From an uncultured Acidobacteriota bacterium (lineage in GTDB: Bacteria; Acidobacteriota; Terriglobia; Terriglobales; Acidobacteriaceae): 64,000 nt of DNA. Below the pieces are notes generated by a model. The model did no database searches. It worked only from the letters and a program-made list of their open reading frames with translations, and was not told where the DNA came from. The stretch covers positions 5,880-69,879 of the forward strand of contig CAVUSL010000015.1 of assembly GCA_963744055.1 (NCBI GenBank), given 5' to 3'. Below are positions 1 through 8,343 of the stretch, piece by piece. The position numbers and the translations under genes are program-made. Numbering within the stretch: position 1 is the first letter of the stretch; each line of letters opens with the position of its first letter.

Positions 1-1038
1 GGCCCAATTGTCAAATGGAGCCAGCGGATCGGAGAAAAGCGAGGTCAGGGCCCCCGTGGATGAGTCGATGGAATACATTCCGCAGTTCGGGGCGAACAGG
101 AATTTGCCACTCGCAGGGGAAGTGAGGTTGCTCGTGCTGCAGTTCGAGCCGAAAGGCGAGCCGGAAATTTCTGTGAGCGCGCCGCTGGTGGAGTCGATTT
201 CGTATCCGAGAAGCGGCGTGTTGCCGCCAGCCGCAGCCTCGTAGAGATATCCCGAGGAGGGAGCCGCGATCGCGAAGGCCTGTCCCGCACTCGCTCCAAA
301 AGGAGAGCCTTGCACCATGGTCAATGCGCCAGTGCTGGCATCGATTGAGTACCCAAAAATTCCGGAGGCTGTGCCGACGAAGAGAAACTTGTCATCCTGC
401 GAAACGGCCATGCGGGCGCTGGCGGTTGCGAACTGCTGGCCGGAATCTGCAGCGGTGAAGGGCGATCCCGCAATTGCGGATAGTTCTCCGGATCCGGTCT
501 GGATGCTGAAAGCAAATATTTGAGTGCCGGCGTAAGCGTAGACAAACTTGCCCAGCTGATCGACCGCCACCCCAACGAATTGCTGCGAACTTTCATATGG
601 GGAGTTCGGTAGTTCAGTCGCGTTCCCGGTCTGACGATCAATTCTGAATGCGGTGAGGCCGGGCCAGTCGGCCTGATAAAGGAACGAGCCGCTGGGATCA
701 ATCGCGCCCACGATGGCCATGGGATTCGTCTCGCCCACAGGATTCGTAGTCGCCTTCGCAGCGGCAAGCGCTCCGTTCGAACCGATCACAGTTGGAAATG
801 GAATCGACCCCGGTACCTGCGCAGCAATAAGGAAGTGAGCGGCGCTGTTCTGTCCGGCGCCTCCGATCCCAGCGGCGAATCCGCCGCTGCTGGGCGATCC
901 GGGCGGCGGAGGGCTCGATCCTGGAGTCGTGGGCGACCCCGGGCTCCCGGCCTTCATATTGGAGTCGCCGCAGGATGCAGTCAGCATTAACAGAGCTGCG
1001 GTTCCGACCAGCAAAACAGAAACAACACGCGCCTTCAT
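1..1038 (-). CDS. Secreted/lipoprotein-like beta-propeller protein (lactonase/Pgl-type 7-bladed repeats); 3' end runs off the window
   Basis: Not in the supplied ORF track because it has no in-window stop. My manual minus-strand translation from the ATG at 1038 stays open to position 1. It begins MKARVVSVLLVGTAALLMLTASCGDS (signal peptide ending in Cys), followed by repeated units of the type Y-x-I-D-x-x-[ST]-G-x-L-x(4)-GSPF. Confidence 0.6.
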   Translation of the reverse strand, partial: MKARVVSVLLVGTAALLMLTASCGDSNMKAGSPGSPTTPGSSPPPPGSPSSGGFAAGIGGAGQNSAAHFLIAAQVPGSIPFPTVIGSNGALAAAKATTNPVGETNPMAIVGAIDPSGSFLYQADWPGLTAFRIDRQTGNATELPNSPYESSQQFVGVAVDQLGKFVYAYAGTQIFAFSIQTGSGELSAIAGSPFTAADSGQQFATASARMAVSQDDKFLFVGTASGIFGYSIDASTGALTMVQGSPFGASAGQAFAIAAPSSGYLYEAAAGGNTPLLGYEIDSTSGALTEISGSPFGSNCSTSNLTSPASGKFLFAPNCGMYSIDSSTGALTSLFSDPLAPFDNWA

Positions 1039-1213
1039 GACAACCCTCACGCTTTCTGATACCGCGCCTGAGATGTGAAATCAGCGGATGAGGTTTTGCG
1101 GTTACGGAATAGTCAGTAGCGAGCGCGGCTTAACATGAAGGCTATTCCCTAAGGTGGGGTCCTAAGCGCGCAGTTTGTGCGTGCGTCAGCGGGCGAAGGC
1201 AACCGCCGAGGAT

Positions 1214-2323
1214 TTAACTATTCTTGGCGAGCTGCCGGATTGCCCACTCGGCGCTCTCGGCAATCACCGGGTCTTCATCATGGCGCAATCGGTCGAGTGT
1301 TGGAACAAAGCTCCGATTGCCGCTATTGCCCATCGCAATGAGGGCGTTGCGCCGCAGTCCATTCCGCTTTGCGCGCCGCACCGGGGAGCCGCGGAATCTC
1401 TCTCGAAACTCTTCGGCATTGATTTCGGCCAGCCATTCGAGGGCGGGATTTACCAGGCCTTCGCGCGGCTGAAATTCTGGAGCCGTGCTTGCTGGGGCCT
1501 TGCGGTTCCATGGGCAGACGTCTTGACAGATATCGCAGCCGAAGATGTGTCGTCCCATGCCTTCGCGCAGTTCGTTCGGAATGGCTCCGCGTTTTTCGAT
1601 GGTGAGATAGGAAATGCATTTGTTGGCGTCGAGTTGGTAGGGCGCGAGGAAGGCATCGGTCGGGCAGGCATCGAGACAACGCGTGCAGGTGCCGCAGCGG
1701 TCGGGCGCGGGAAGGTCGGGCATGAGTTCGAGAGAGGTCAGGATGACGCCGAGAAAGAGCCACGAACCGAGTTTCTGGTTCAGCACGCAGGTGTTCTTGC
1801 CGATCCATCCGACGCCGGCGTACTTCGCGTAGACGCGTTCGACGATGGGACCGGTATCGACGTAGCACCAGGTGCGAAACGGTGAATCGTCGCTATGGGT
1901 CGATTGGGGCGAGAGGGTTGTGCGGGTTGCATTCCAAACTTCAGTAAGTTTCTTCTCGACTGCACGCAGCTTCTTGAGGACAGCATCGTGGTAATCGTCG
2001 CGGCCCCAGGCGTAGCGGGAGATCCATCCGCGCTGAGGATCGTTGACTTGGGTGGAATAGGGCTGCACCGTGTTGTAGTTGATTGCGCACACGATCACGC
2101 TTCTCGCCCAGGGAGCGGCGATGCGGAGCGAACAGCGCTTGAGGCGGCCCGCGTCATCGCGGGCTTCCAGGTACTTCATCTCGCCCGCATAGCCAGCGTT
2201 GATCCATTCGGGGAAGTAGTTGAGCTCCTTGAAGTCGCGGACCGGGGCGATGCCAGCGAGATCGAATCCGGCATCGTGCGCGGCGCGCTTGACCAGATCC
2301 GTGATGTCGGTGATCGAAGGCAT
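1214..2323 (-). CDS. queG: Epoxyqueuosine reductase (tRNA queuosine biosynthesis)
   Basis: 369-aa ORF with Cys clusters CGTCTRCLDACP and CDICQDVCPWN, the CISYLTIE motif and a HEAT-like C-terminal tail, the QueG family pattern. Confidence 0.9.
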   Translation of the reverse strand: MPSITDITDLVKRAAHDAGFDLAGIAPVRDFKELNYFPEWINAGYAGEMKYLEARDDAGRLKRCSLRIAAPWARSVIVCAINYNTVQPYSTQVNDPQRGWISRYAWGRDDYHDAVLKKLRAVEKKLTEVWNATRTTLSPQSTHSDDSPFRTWCYVDTGPIVERVYAKYAGVGWIGKNTCVLNQKLGSWLFLGVILTSLELMPDLPAPDRCGTCTRCLDACPTDAFLAPYQLDANKCISYLTIEKRGAIPNELREGMGRHIFGCDICQDVCPWNRKAPASTAPEFQPREGLVNPALEWLAEINAEEFRERFRGSPVRRAKRNGLRRNALIAMGNSGNRSFVPTLDRLRHDEDPVIAESAEWAIRQLAKNS

Positions 2324-2479
2324 GCAGTGCGAGATCCCGCGAGCAGCAGCAAAGCTCAGGGGCTAAAGCTCGGGTCGTTTGCGAGTCTATCGGAGCGGCT
2401 GAAGCCGTGCCTTTCCCAATCCTAAGCTTTTTGGAGCAGTTGCGCGCTTGGCGGCAGCGGAGGGGTTTCCTTGGCGCCC

Positions 2480-2555
2480 CTGCGGTTAAGCTTACCCAAA
2501 ATCTTAAAACGCAAAGGACGCGGAGAAACGCCGCGGAGTATGCAGAGAGATTCTT
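2480..2555. repeat. Partial copy of the TTAACCGC-GAAG/CGCAAAG repeat family (family C)
   Basis: The sequence ctgcggttaag...cttaaaacgcaaaggacgcggagaaacgccgcgga shares words with the copies at 6059-6256, 16907-17008 and 38765-38910. Confidence 0.6.
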
Positions 2556-2629
2556 GGTGAGGACGGAGGCGGCGTGTTTACGAACCAGGAGTTTGCTGAC
2601 GACTGATGAATAGCGACTGACGGCTGCTT

Positions 2630-2905
2630 TTAGATTCCCAGCTTCTTCACTTCCTCGTTGTAGTACTTGCGGTACAGGATGTCCCATTCCTGGCTGCCTT
2701 CGAGGATGGTGCGCTTCTGGCTTTCGATCTTCTGGCGGGCGGACTGATCGATGCGCGCTTCCTGCATGAGCAAGTCTTCGAGGATCTTGCGCACCTGCAG
2801 ACGGATGGTATTGCGGTCTTCGACGAAGTCCGCTTCCGAGGTTTCCGCCAGCGCGTCGGTGACCACGTGGGCCAGTTTGTTAACTTTGTCGCGGCTCAGT
2901 CGCAA
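2630..2905 (-). CDS. DUF507 family protein
   Basis: 91-aa ORF. The C-terminal EGSQEWDILYRKYYNEE motif and overall helical charged pattern match my recollection of DUF507. Confidence 0.75.
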   Translation of the reverse strand: MRLSRDKVNKLAHVVTDALAETSEADFVEDRNTIRLQVRKILEDLLMQEARIDQSARQKIESQKRTILEGSQEWDILYRKYYNEEVKKLGI

Positions 2906-3014
2906 TGCAATTCCTTCGCAGTCTTTTTCACCATAGAGTCACAGAGGACTCAGTATCATTTATTTTAGTTTTCTCTGTGACTCTGTGTCCCAGTGGTGAC
3001 ACCAGTCTTCCCTC

Positions 3015-3293
3015 TCATAACACCGCTTTGTACTTCCGCACCAGTTCGCTTTTCACTTTGCGGAACATTTCCTGGTAGTTGGCGCCGCTGCGGCGCATTT
3101 CGTCGGAGTACGCTTCCAGGATCACGCGCACTTCGTCGTTGATGCGGTCTTCGAGCGACATCTCCTCGAGCAGGGACGCGTGGACGCGCTCGGTCACGGC
3201 GGGCACATTGCTGGTTTCAATGAGCTCACCGGCGATCAGCTTTTTTGTGAGTTCGCGGGCCAAGTAGCCCACATATTCTTTGGAAAAAAGCAT
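3015..3293 (-). CDS. DUF507 family protein (second paralog)
   Basis: I trimmed the ORF 3015..3404 to the internal ATG at 3293 (MLFSKEYVGYLARELTKKL...). The upstream 37 codons run through a low-complexity palindrome. The tail ANYQEMFRKVKSELVRKYKAVL is DUF507-like. Confidence 0.7.
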   Translation of the reverse strand: MLFSKEYVGYLARELTKKLIAGELIETSNVPAVTERVHASLLEEMSLEDRINDEVRVILEAYSDEMRRSGANYQEMFRKVKSELVRKYKAVL

Positions 3294-3516
3294 TGTGTCG
3301 TTCGGGGGTCTTTTGTGAAACGGATAGTTTAGCACACGGAAAGATGGGCTCTCGGCTTTGGGCTTTCGGCTCTGGGCACCGACAGTGATTTCTGATGCGG
3401 ACATGGAATAAATTCCAAGAGCCTAGAGCCCAGTTCCCGGAGCCCAGTTCCCCACGGCTCTCTAACTATTCCCTCCGCCCAAAAAGGCTTACAATGCCCA
3501 CTTAAAGAGCCTACGA

Positions 3517-3993
3517 ATGACTTCTGCTAGCGACGATCTTTCCGGTCTGAAAGACGACATGATCGCCTTCATCGAAGGCCACGGCCTGCGCCGTTTCCAC
3601 GGCTATGTGGACTACGAAGAGGTGCAGTGCGTCATGTGGAAGTCGGGCGAGAACGCCGACGGGTGGAAGGATTTCGTGGAGTTGGCCAAATCGTCAGGCG
3701 CGCCGTTTCTCATCATGGATTCGTGGACACTCAAGCGGGACGAACTGGAAGAATTGATCCAGCGGCTGACTAATGCGGAATACACCAACGACGAAGACAT
3801 AGAAGATGCACGCTGGCTGCGAACCTACACCGGCAAGACCGGATTCGTACAGCTGGGCTGGCCGTTCCAGGGCAGCATCTTTATCTACGAGACCAGCACG
3901 GAGTGGTACGAACGGTATCAGCGGCTGATCGAGATGTCGGATGACTTCGGCGGGATTCCGATCGATGAGCCGGGGCCGGATGAAGAGGATTGA
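3517..3993 (+). CDS. Hypothetical cytoplasmic protein with an acidic C-terminus
   Basis: 158-aa ORF with coding-like composition. I recognised no motif. Confidence 0.55.
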   Translation: MTSASDDLSGLKDDMIAFIEGHGLRRFHGYVDYEEVQCVMWKSGENADGWKDFVELAKSSGAPFLIMDSWTLKRDELEELIQRLTNAEYTNDEDIEDARWLRTYTGKTGFVQLGWPFQGSIFIYETSTEWYERYQRLIEMSDDFGGIPIDEPGPDEED

Positions 3994-3997
3994 AGTG

Positions 3998-4023
3998 TGT
4001 AGCGCTGGCGCCCTCGCCCGCGA
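3998..4023 (+). repeat. REP-like hairpin, family A (TGTAGCGC + GC-rich stem-loop)
   Basis: tgtagcgctggcgccctcgcccgcg sits directly after the stop of the 3517..3993 ORF. It is near-identical to 37973-37997. Confidence 0.7.
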
Positions 4024-4075
4024 AGCCATGAGTCAATGATCCGATATTGGACGATGGGAAGGACCAAGCCCGAGG

Positions 4076-4128
4076 GGTCCGTGGAATCCCACGTTTGCGC
4101 ACAGAACACGCAAAGATGGGGCACCCTG
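4076..4128 (-). repeat. Family E repeat (GGTGCCCCA..GCG.GTTCT.TGCGC.AACGTGGG..TCCAC)
   Basis: The reverse complement cagggtgccccatctttgcgtgttctgtgcgcaaacgtgggattccacgg aligns by eye with both arms of the element at 17865-17991. Confidence 0.65.
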
Positions 4129-4170
4129 TCTCTACATTTTTCCAGCCAGAGTCATAAGAAGCTCTATTGA

Positions 4171-6063
4171 ATGCAGTGGATCGCTAAATCCGTACAGCAG
4201 AAGCAGATCGACGCTCTAGCGGAAGAAGTGCGCTCTTCCCCGGCTTTGCGGCTGAACGGCGACGGCCGCTTTGTCTCCACTCTGGCGCGGCTGCTGCACA
4301 TGAGGGGGATTGGGGACGCAGCGTCGGCACAGCGATATCTCAGGCCGCAACTCTCAGATCTGCATTCTCCCTACCTGATGGCCGGAATGAAAGCCGCCAT
4401 CGAGCGCCTGGATGCTGCCATCGAGCGCAAGGAAGGCATCCTCATTTACGGCGACTACGACGTGGATGGGACCACGGCCATCGTCATTCTGAAAACGGCC
4501 ATCGAGTTGTGCGGGGGCACTGCCGACTTCCACGTGCCACACCGCATCCGCGAAGGTTACGGCATGAAAGACGACGTGATCGAGCGCGCGGCAGCCTCAG
4601 GGATTCGGCTGATCATCAGCGTCGACACGGGGATTCGGGCATTCGCGGCCGCCGAAACTGCCGAGCGGCTCGGGGTCGATCTCATCGTCACCGATCATCA
4701 TTTGCCGGGAAGCGAAGGCGTGCCCAAGGCGCTCGCGGTAGTGAATCCGAATCAGCCCGGTTGTGAATACCCGTGCAAGGCGCTGTGCGGCGCGGGCGTA
4801 GCATTCAAGCTGGCCCAGGCGTTGATGGAGAAACGGCTCGCGGGAAAAGACCTGTCGCGATTGCTGATGTCGTTCATGAAGGTGGTGGCGATCGCGACCA
4901 TCGCCGATGCCGTGCCGCTCATCGGTGAGAATCGCGTCTTCACTAAACTCGGGCTCGACGCGCTGCGGCGTACTGTTAATCCCGGATTGAAAGCGCTGCT
5001 GGAGATGGCACAAATTCCGTCGACCCGGCCGCCGACGTCGGGGGAGATTGCTTTCCGCATCGCTCCTCGGCTGAACGCGGCGGGGCGCATGGATGTGGCC
5101 CGCGATGTGATCGAACTATTCAGCGTGAAAGATCCGGTGCGTGCCCGCGAGATCGCCGGGCGGCTTGACCAACTCAATGGCGAGCGCCAGGAAGAAGAGC
5201 GCCGAATTCTGCAGGCCATCGAGCAACGAGTCGAGCATGAGCCCGGCTTACGCGACGCATATTGCGTGGTGATTGATGGCGACGGCTGGCATCGCGGGGT
5301 GATCGGCATCACGGCCACGCGTGTGGTGGAGCGGTATGGACGTCCTGCGCTGGTGTTGTCGCACGACAGCGGCGAGGCGCATGGGTCGGGGCGGTCGATT
5401 CGTGCGTTTCATTTGCTGGACGCACTGGAGTCGTGCCGCGAGCTTTTCACGCGCTATGGCGGGCATTCCCATGCGGTCGGATTTTCGCTTCCCTCGGATC
5501 GTGTGCCCGAGTTGCGGGCGCATCTGGATCGGTACGCACGAGAGCGGCTGACACCGGCTGACTTTGAGCCCGTGCTGGACGTAGACGCGGAACTCGATTT
5601 AGAGCAGGTGACGCCGGATTTGTTCCGAGCGCTTGAACAACTGGAGCCGTTCGGACAAGGAAATCCCGAACCTGTGTTCACGGCGCGGGCCGTTCGCATG
5701 ATGGCTCCGCCGAAAATTCTCAAGGACAAGCATGTGAAGTTGAGGCTGGCGGCCGCATTGGTTCGAGAGAAAGACACTGAGGCCCTCGTTGCAGCGGCAG
5801 TGGCGGCAACCCCTCGATGCCATCCTGATTCAGCAGCGATCGGCCGGGCCGCCACTATGAAATCAAGCAGCGGCAACTCCAATTGGCGGCGCAACATTGC
5901 CTTCGATGCGATGGGCTGGCACATGGCAGAGCGTCTGCAGGCAGCCAAGTTGCTGGCGGGCGACACGCTCGATATCGCGTTCTGCGTTGGACACAACGAT
6001 CATCCTGAGTATGGCGGCCTGGAACTGGCTTTGAGGGACTTTCGAGTCGGAGCAAAGTCTTAA
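4171..6063 (+). CDS. recJ: Single-stranded-DNA-specific exonuclease RecJ
   Basis: 630-aa ORF with DHH-family motifs (YGDYDVDGTTA, SVDTG, VTDHH) and the DHHA1 motif GGHSHAVGFS. Confidence 0.9.
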   Translation: MQWIAKSVQQKQIDALAEEVRSSPALRLNGDGRFVSTLARLLHMRGIGDAASAQRYLRPQLSDLHSPYLMAGMKAAIERLDAAIERKEGILIYGDYDVDGTTAIVILKTAIELCGGTADFHVPHRIREGYGMKDDVIERAAASGIRLIISVDTGIRAFAAAETAERLGVDLIVTDHHLPGSEGVPKALAVVNPNQPGCEYPCKALCGAGVAFKLAQALMEKRLAGKDLSRLLMSFMKVVAIATIADAVPLIGENRVFTKLGLDALRRTVNPGLKALLEMAQIPSTRPPTSGEIAFRIAPRLNAAGRMDVARDVIELFSVKDPVRAREIAGRLDQLNGERQEEERRILQAIEQRVEHEPGLRDAYCVVIDGDGWHRGVIGITATRVVERYGRPALVLSHDSGEAHGSGRSIRAFHLLDALESCRELFTRYGGHSHAVGFSLPSDRVPELRAHLDRYARERLTPADFEPVLDVDAELDLEQVTPDLFRALEQLEPFGQGNPEPVFTARAVRMMAPPKILKDKHVKLRLAAALVREKDTEALVAAAVAATPRCHPDSAAIGRAATMKSSSGNSNWRRNIAFDAMGWHMAERLQAAKLLAGDTLDIAFCVGHNDHPEYGGLELALRDFRVGAKS

Positions 6064-6256
6064 AACGCAGAGGTCGCGGAGAACTGCCGCAGAGATCGCG
6101 GAGGAGAAGCTCTTAACCGCGAAGCACGCTAAGAGAACCCGCAAAGGGCGCAAAGCCTGCGAAGACCATGCTTTCGCAAGCTGCTCTTGGACTCATCATT
6201 GGACAGATTTTCTTTGCGTCCTTGGCGACTTTTCTTCGCGTCCTTCGCGGTTAAAC
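6059..6256. repeat. MITE-like element of family C with terminal inverted repeats (TTAACCGCGAAG...CTTCGCGGTTAA)
   Basis: The left units cttaaaacgcagaggtcgcggagaa and cttaaccgcgaagcacgctaagag pair with the right unit ttcttcgcgtccttcgcggttaaac. The element begins at the recJ stop codon. Confidence 0.7.
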
Positions 6257-6368
6257 GCTCTTTAGAAGCTGAGTTGTGTTCCTGCTCGACCTCTTTCGGA
6301 TTCTTTCTTAAATTTTTGTTATCTTTCTCTTTCCGTATTCCCGCCGAGCGTGGATGGTGTTAGCAGTC

Positions 6369-6393
6369 GGCGGGCAGGAGTGTCCGCCCCACA
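6369..6393 (-). repeat. REP-like hairpin, family A variant (GCGGGCAGGAGTGTCCGCCCCACA)
   Basis: Stem GGCGG(G/A)CA / TGTCCGCC with a trailing CCACA. It lies 10 nt upstream of the ATG at 6403 and abuts the AAGGAG Shine-Dalgarno. Confidence 0.7.
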
Positions 6394-6402
6394 AGGAGTT
6401 CT

Positions 6403-7818
6403 ATGAAACTCGTCCGACGGTTGCTGGTGATTGCTTGCTTCAGTGGGTCACTGTTCGCGCAGCGCAACACTGTCCTGGTGCGTCCCAAGCCCATCGATGA
6501 TGTTCTGCTCAATCCGAACAGGGGCTTCACCACCTTCAACCGCTTCAACGGGCAGGCTACCAATCCTCCGCTGGAGTGGTCGGAACTTGGGCCGGTCGAG
6601 AAATTGCCGCCGGCGACGACCAAGCCTGACTTTCCCGACACGACGATTGCCTATCTGCGCTGGTACTGGACGGCGCTCGAACCCGAGCACGGAAAATATC
6701 GCTGGGAAATTCTCGACCTCGCGCTCGCCGAGGCCAAGGCGCATGGGCAAACACTGGCCATCCGGCTCATGCCGTATTCGAACAAGGATCCGCTACCGGA
6801 GTGGTACCAGAAGTCGGGTGCGAAGCGCGCCAACCAGCCGACCGACAAAGACGGCGACATCTGGCAGCCAGATTTTTCCGATCCGCTTTTTCTTAAGTAC
6901 TGGGGAGAACTTGTGGCCGAGGCGGGCAAGCGTTACAACGGCAATCCCTATCTCGACAGCGTCGACATCTCTTCGGTCGGCTACTGGGGCGAAGGCTGGA
7001 GTCCCTACATGCCGTCGTTTCCGTATCAGCGGGCACTCATCGACATCTGGTTCGACGCCTTCCCTTCCACCACGCTGCTGATGAACTTTGACGAGCCTCA
7101 GGCGCTCTCCTACGGAACGAGCCGCGGGGCGGGCTGGCGGCTGGACTGTCTGGGGGATTTGCGCGTGAAGTCCGACAACCCGTACTTCGAGCCCGAGATG
7201 CTCGACGTTTATCCGCAGCAGGTGGTACGGTCCGGCGTTCAGGACGTGTGGGAGAAACGGCCGGTCTCGCTGGAAGTGTGCGGCACGGTGTCGGAGTGGA
7301 AGCGCGACCACTTTGATTTGAACTACATCCTTGATCAGGCACTGCGCTGGCACGTAACGTCGGTGAATTTGAAGTCGTCTCCGATTCCCGACGACTGGAA
7401 GCCGACCTTTGTCGACTTCGAGAAGAAGATGGGATACCGCTTCCTGCTGCGGCGGCTGGAGTATCCGAAGAGCGTCGCAGCCGGATCGAAGATGATGGTC
7501 CATATGTGGTGGTTGAACGCGGGCGTGGCTCCGGCGTATATCAACTATCCACTCGCGGTGCAGCTGCGGTCAGCGAATCAGAGCGCGGTGATTACCATCC
7601 CCTTGGACGTGCGGAAGTGGCTGCCCGGCGATGCGGTGTTCGATGACGACCTGATCGTTCCGGGCAACCTGTCGGAAGGAACGTACGACTTTCGCGTGGC
7701 GATGCTCGATCCGCGCACGAACAAACCCGCGATCCGGCTGGCGATCGCGGGCCGCGATGAGGACGGCTGGTATACCGAGGGCAAGATCCAGATCACAGCC
7801 ACTGCAACGAAGCAATAA
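6403..7818 (+). CDS. Secreted glycoside-hydrolase-like protein (DUF4874/DUF4832-like TIM barrel)
   Basis: 471-aa ORF with an N-terminal signal peptide (LLVIACFSGSLFAQ), an NPNRGF motif, and W..LEPEHGKYRW..LD...AEAKAHGQTLAIRLMPY, which is typical of GH-type barrels. The family assignment is from memory only. Confidence 0.5.
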   Translation: MKLVRRLLVIACFSGSLFAQRNTVLVRPKPIDDVLLNPNRGFTTFNRFNGQATNPPLEWSELGPVEKLPPATTKPDFPDTTIAYLRWYWTALEPEHGKYRWEILDLALAEAKAHGQTLAIRLMPYSNKDPLPEWYQKSGAKRANQPTDKDGDIWQPDFSDPLFLKYWGELVAEAGKRYNGNPYLDSVDISSVGYWGEGWSPYMPSFPYQRALIDIWFDAFPSTTLLMNFDEPQALSYGTSRGAGWRLDCLGDLRVKSDNPYFEPEMLDVYPQQVVRSGVQDVWEKRPVSLEVCGTVSEWKRDHFDLNYILDQALRWHVTSVNLKSSPIPDDWKPTFVDFEKKMGYRFLLRRLEYPKSVAAGSKMMVHMWWLNAGVAPAYINYPLAVQLRSANQSAVITIPLDVRKWLPGDAVFDDDLIVPGNLSEGTYDFRVAMLDPRTNKPAIRLAIAGRDEDGWYTEGKIQITATATKQ

Positions 7819-8168
7819 TCAACGAACAGACAGTTCCTTTGAGTCTTGTGCCCACGGGACGGTCGTCGACGGTCCGGAAGTATGTAAGAGCCTGACGCAG
7901 CGCTGCTTCGAGGGCCGGCTGAAAATCCTTACGCATAGAGGACTGGTTCCAACCTTTCGGGTTTCGAGTTCTGCCCGGCAGCCGGGCAAGATCGCCACGC
8001 TGCTATTCAATATCTCAGACGACCATCGCGTCCTTTGGGATGACTGAAATTTTCCTGTCTTTTCTCTGACAGGAGCGGCGGAAGCGAATTACGGCCTTAC
8101 TCCCGCAATGTCATTTTCGCAGCGAAAACGCTTTGGGAAACGAGCTTCGCCTTTTCGCCGAGGGTATA

Positions 8169-8193
8169 CGCGGACAAGAGTGTCCGCGCCACA
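8169..8193 (-). repeat. REP-like hairpin, family A (CGCGGACAAGAGTGTCCGCGCCACA)
   Basis: 7-bp stem GCGGACA/TGTCCGC plus GCCACA. Near-identical copies occur at 30148-30172 and 39218-39242. Confidence 0.75.
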
Positions 8194-8343
8194 CGATCGT
8201 GTTTCCTGCGCTTTCAGGAATGATCCTATGGGGAATTGAAATCATCAGCTATCCGAAAGTTGTGCTCGAGGCTCGGAGATCACTTCTCGACCTTCGCTCA
8301 GGAAGCCCCGGAACCTCTGCGCGCATCAAGTACACTGAACACA

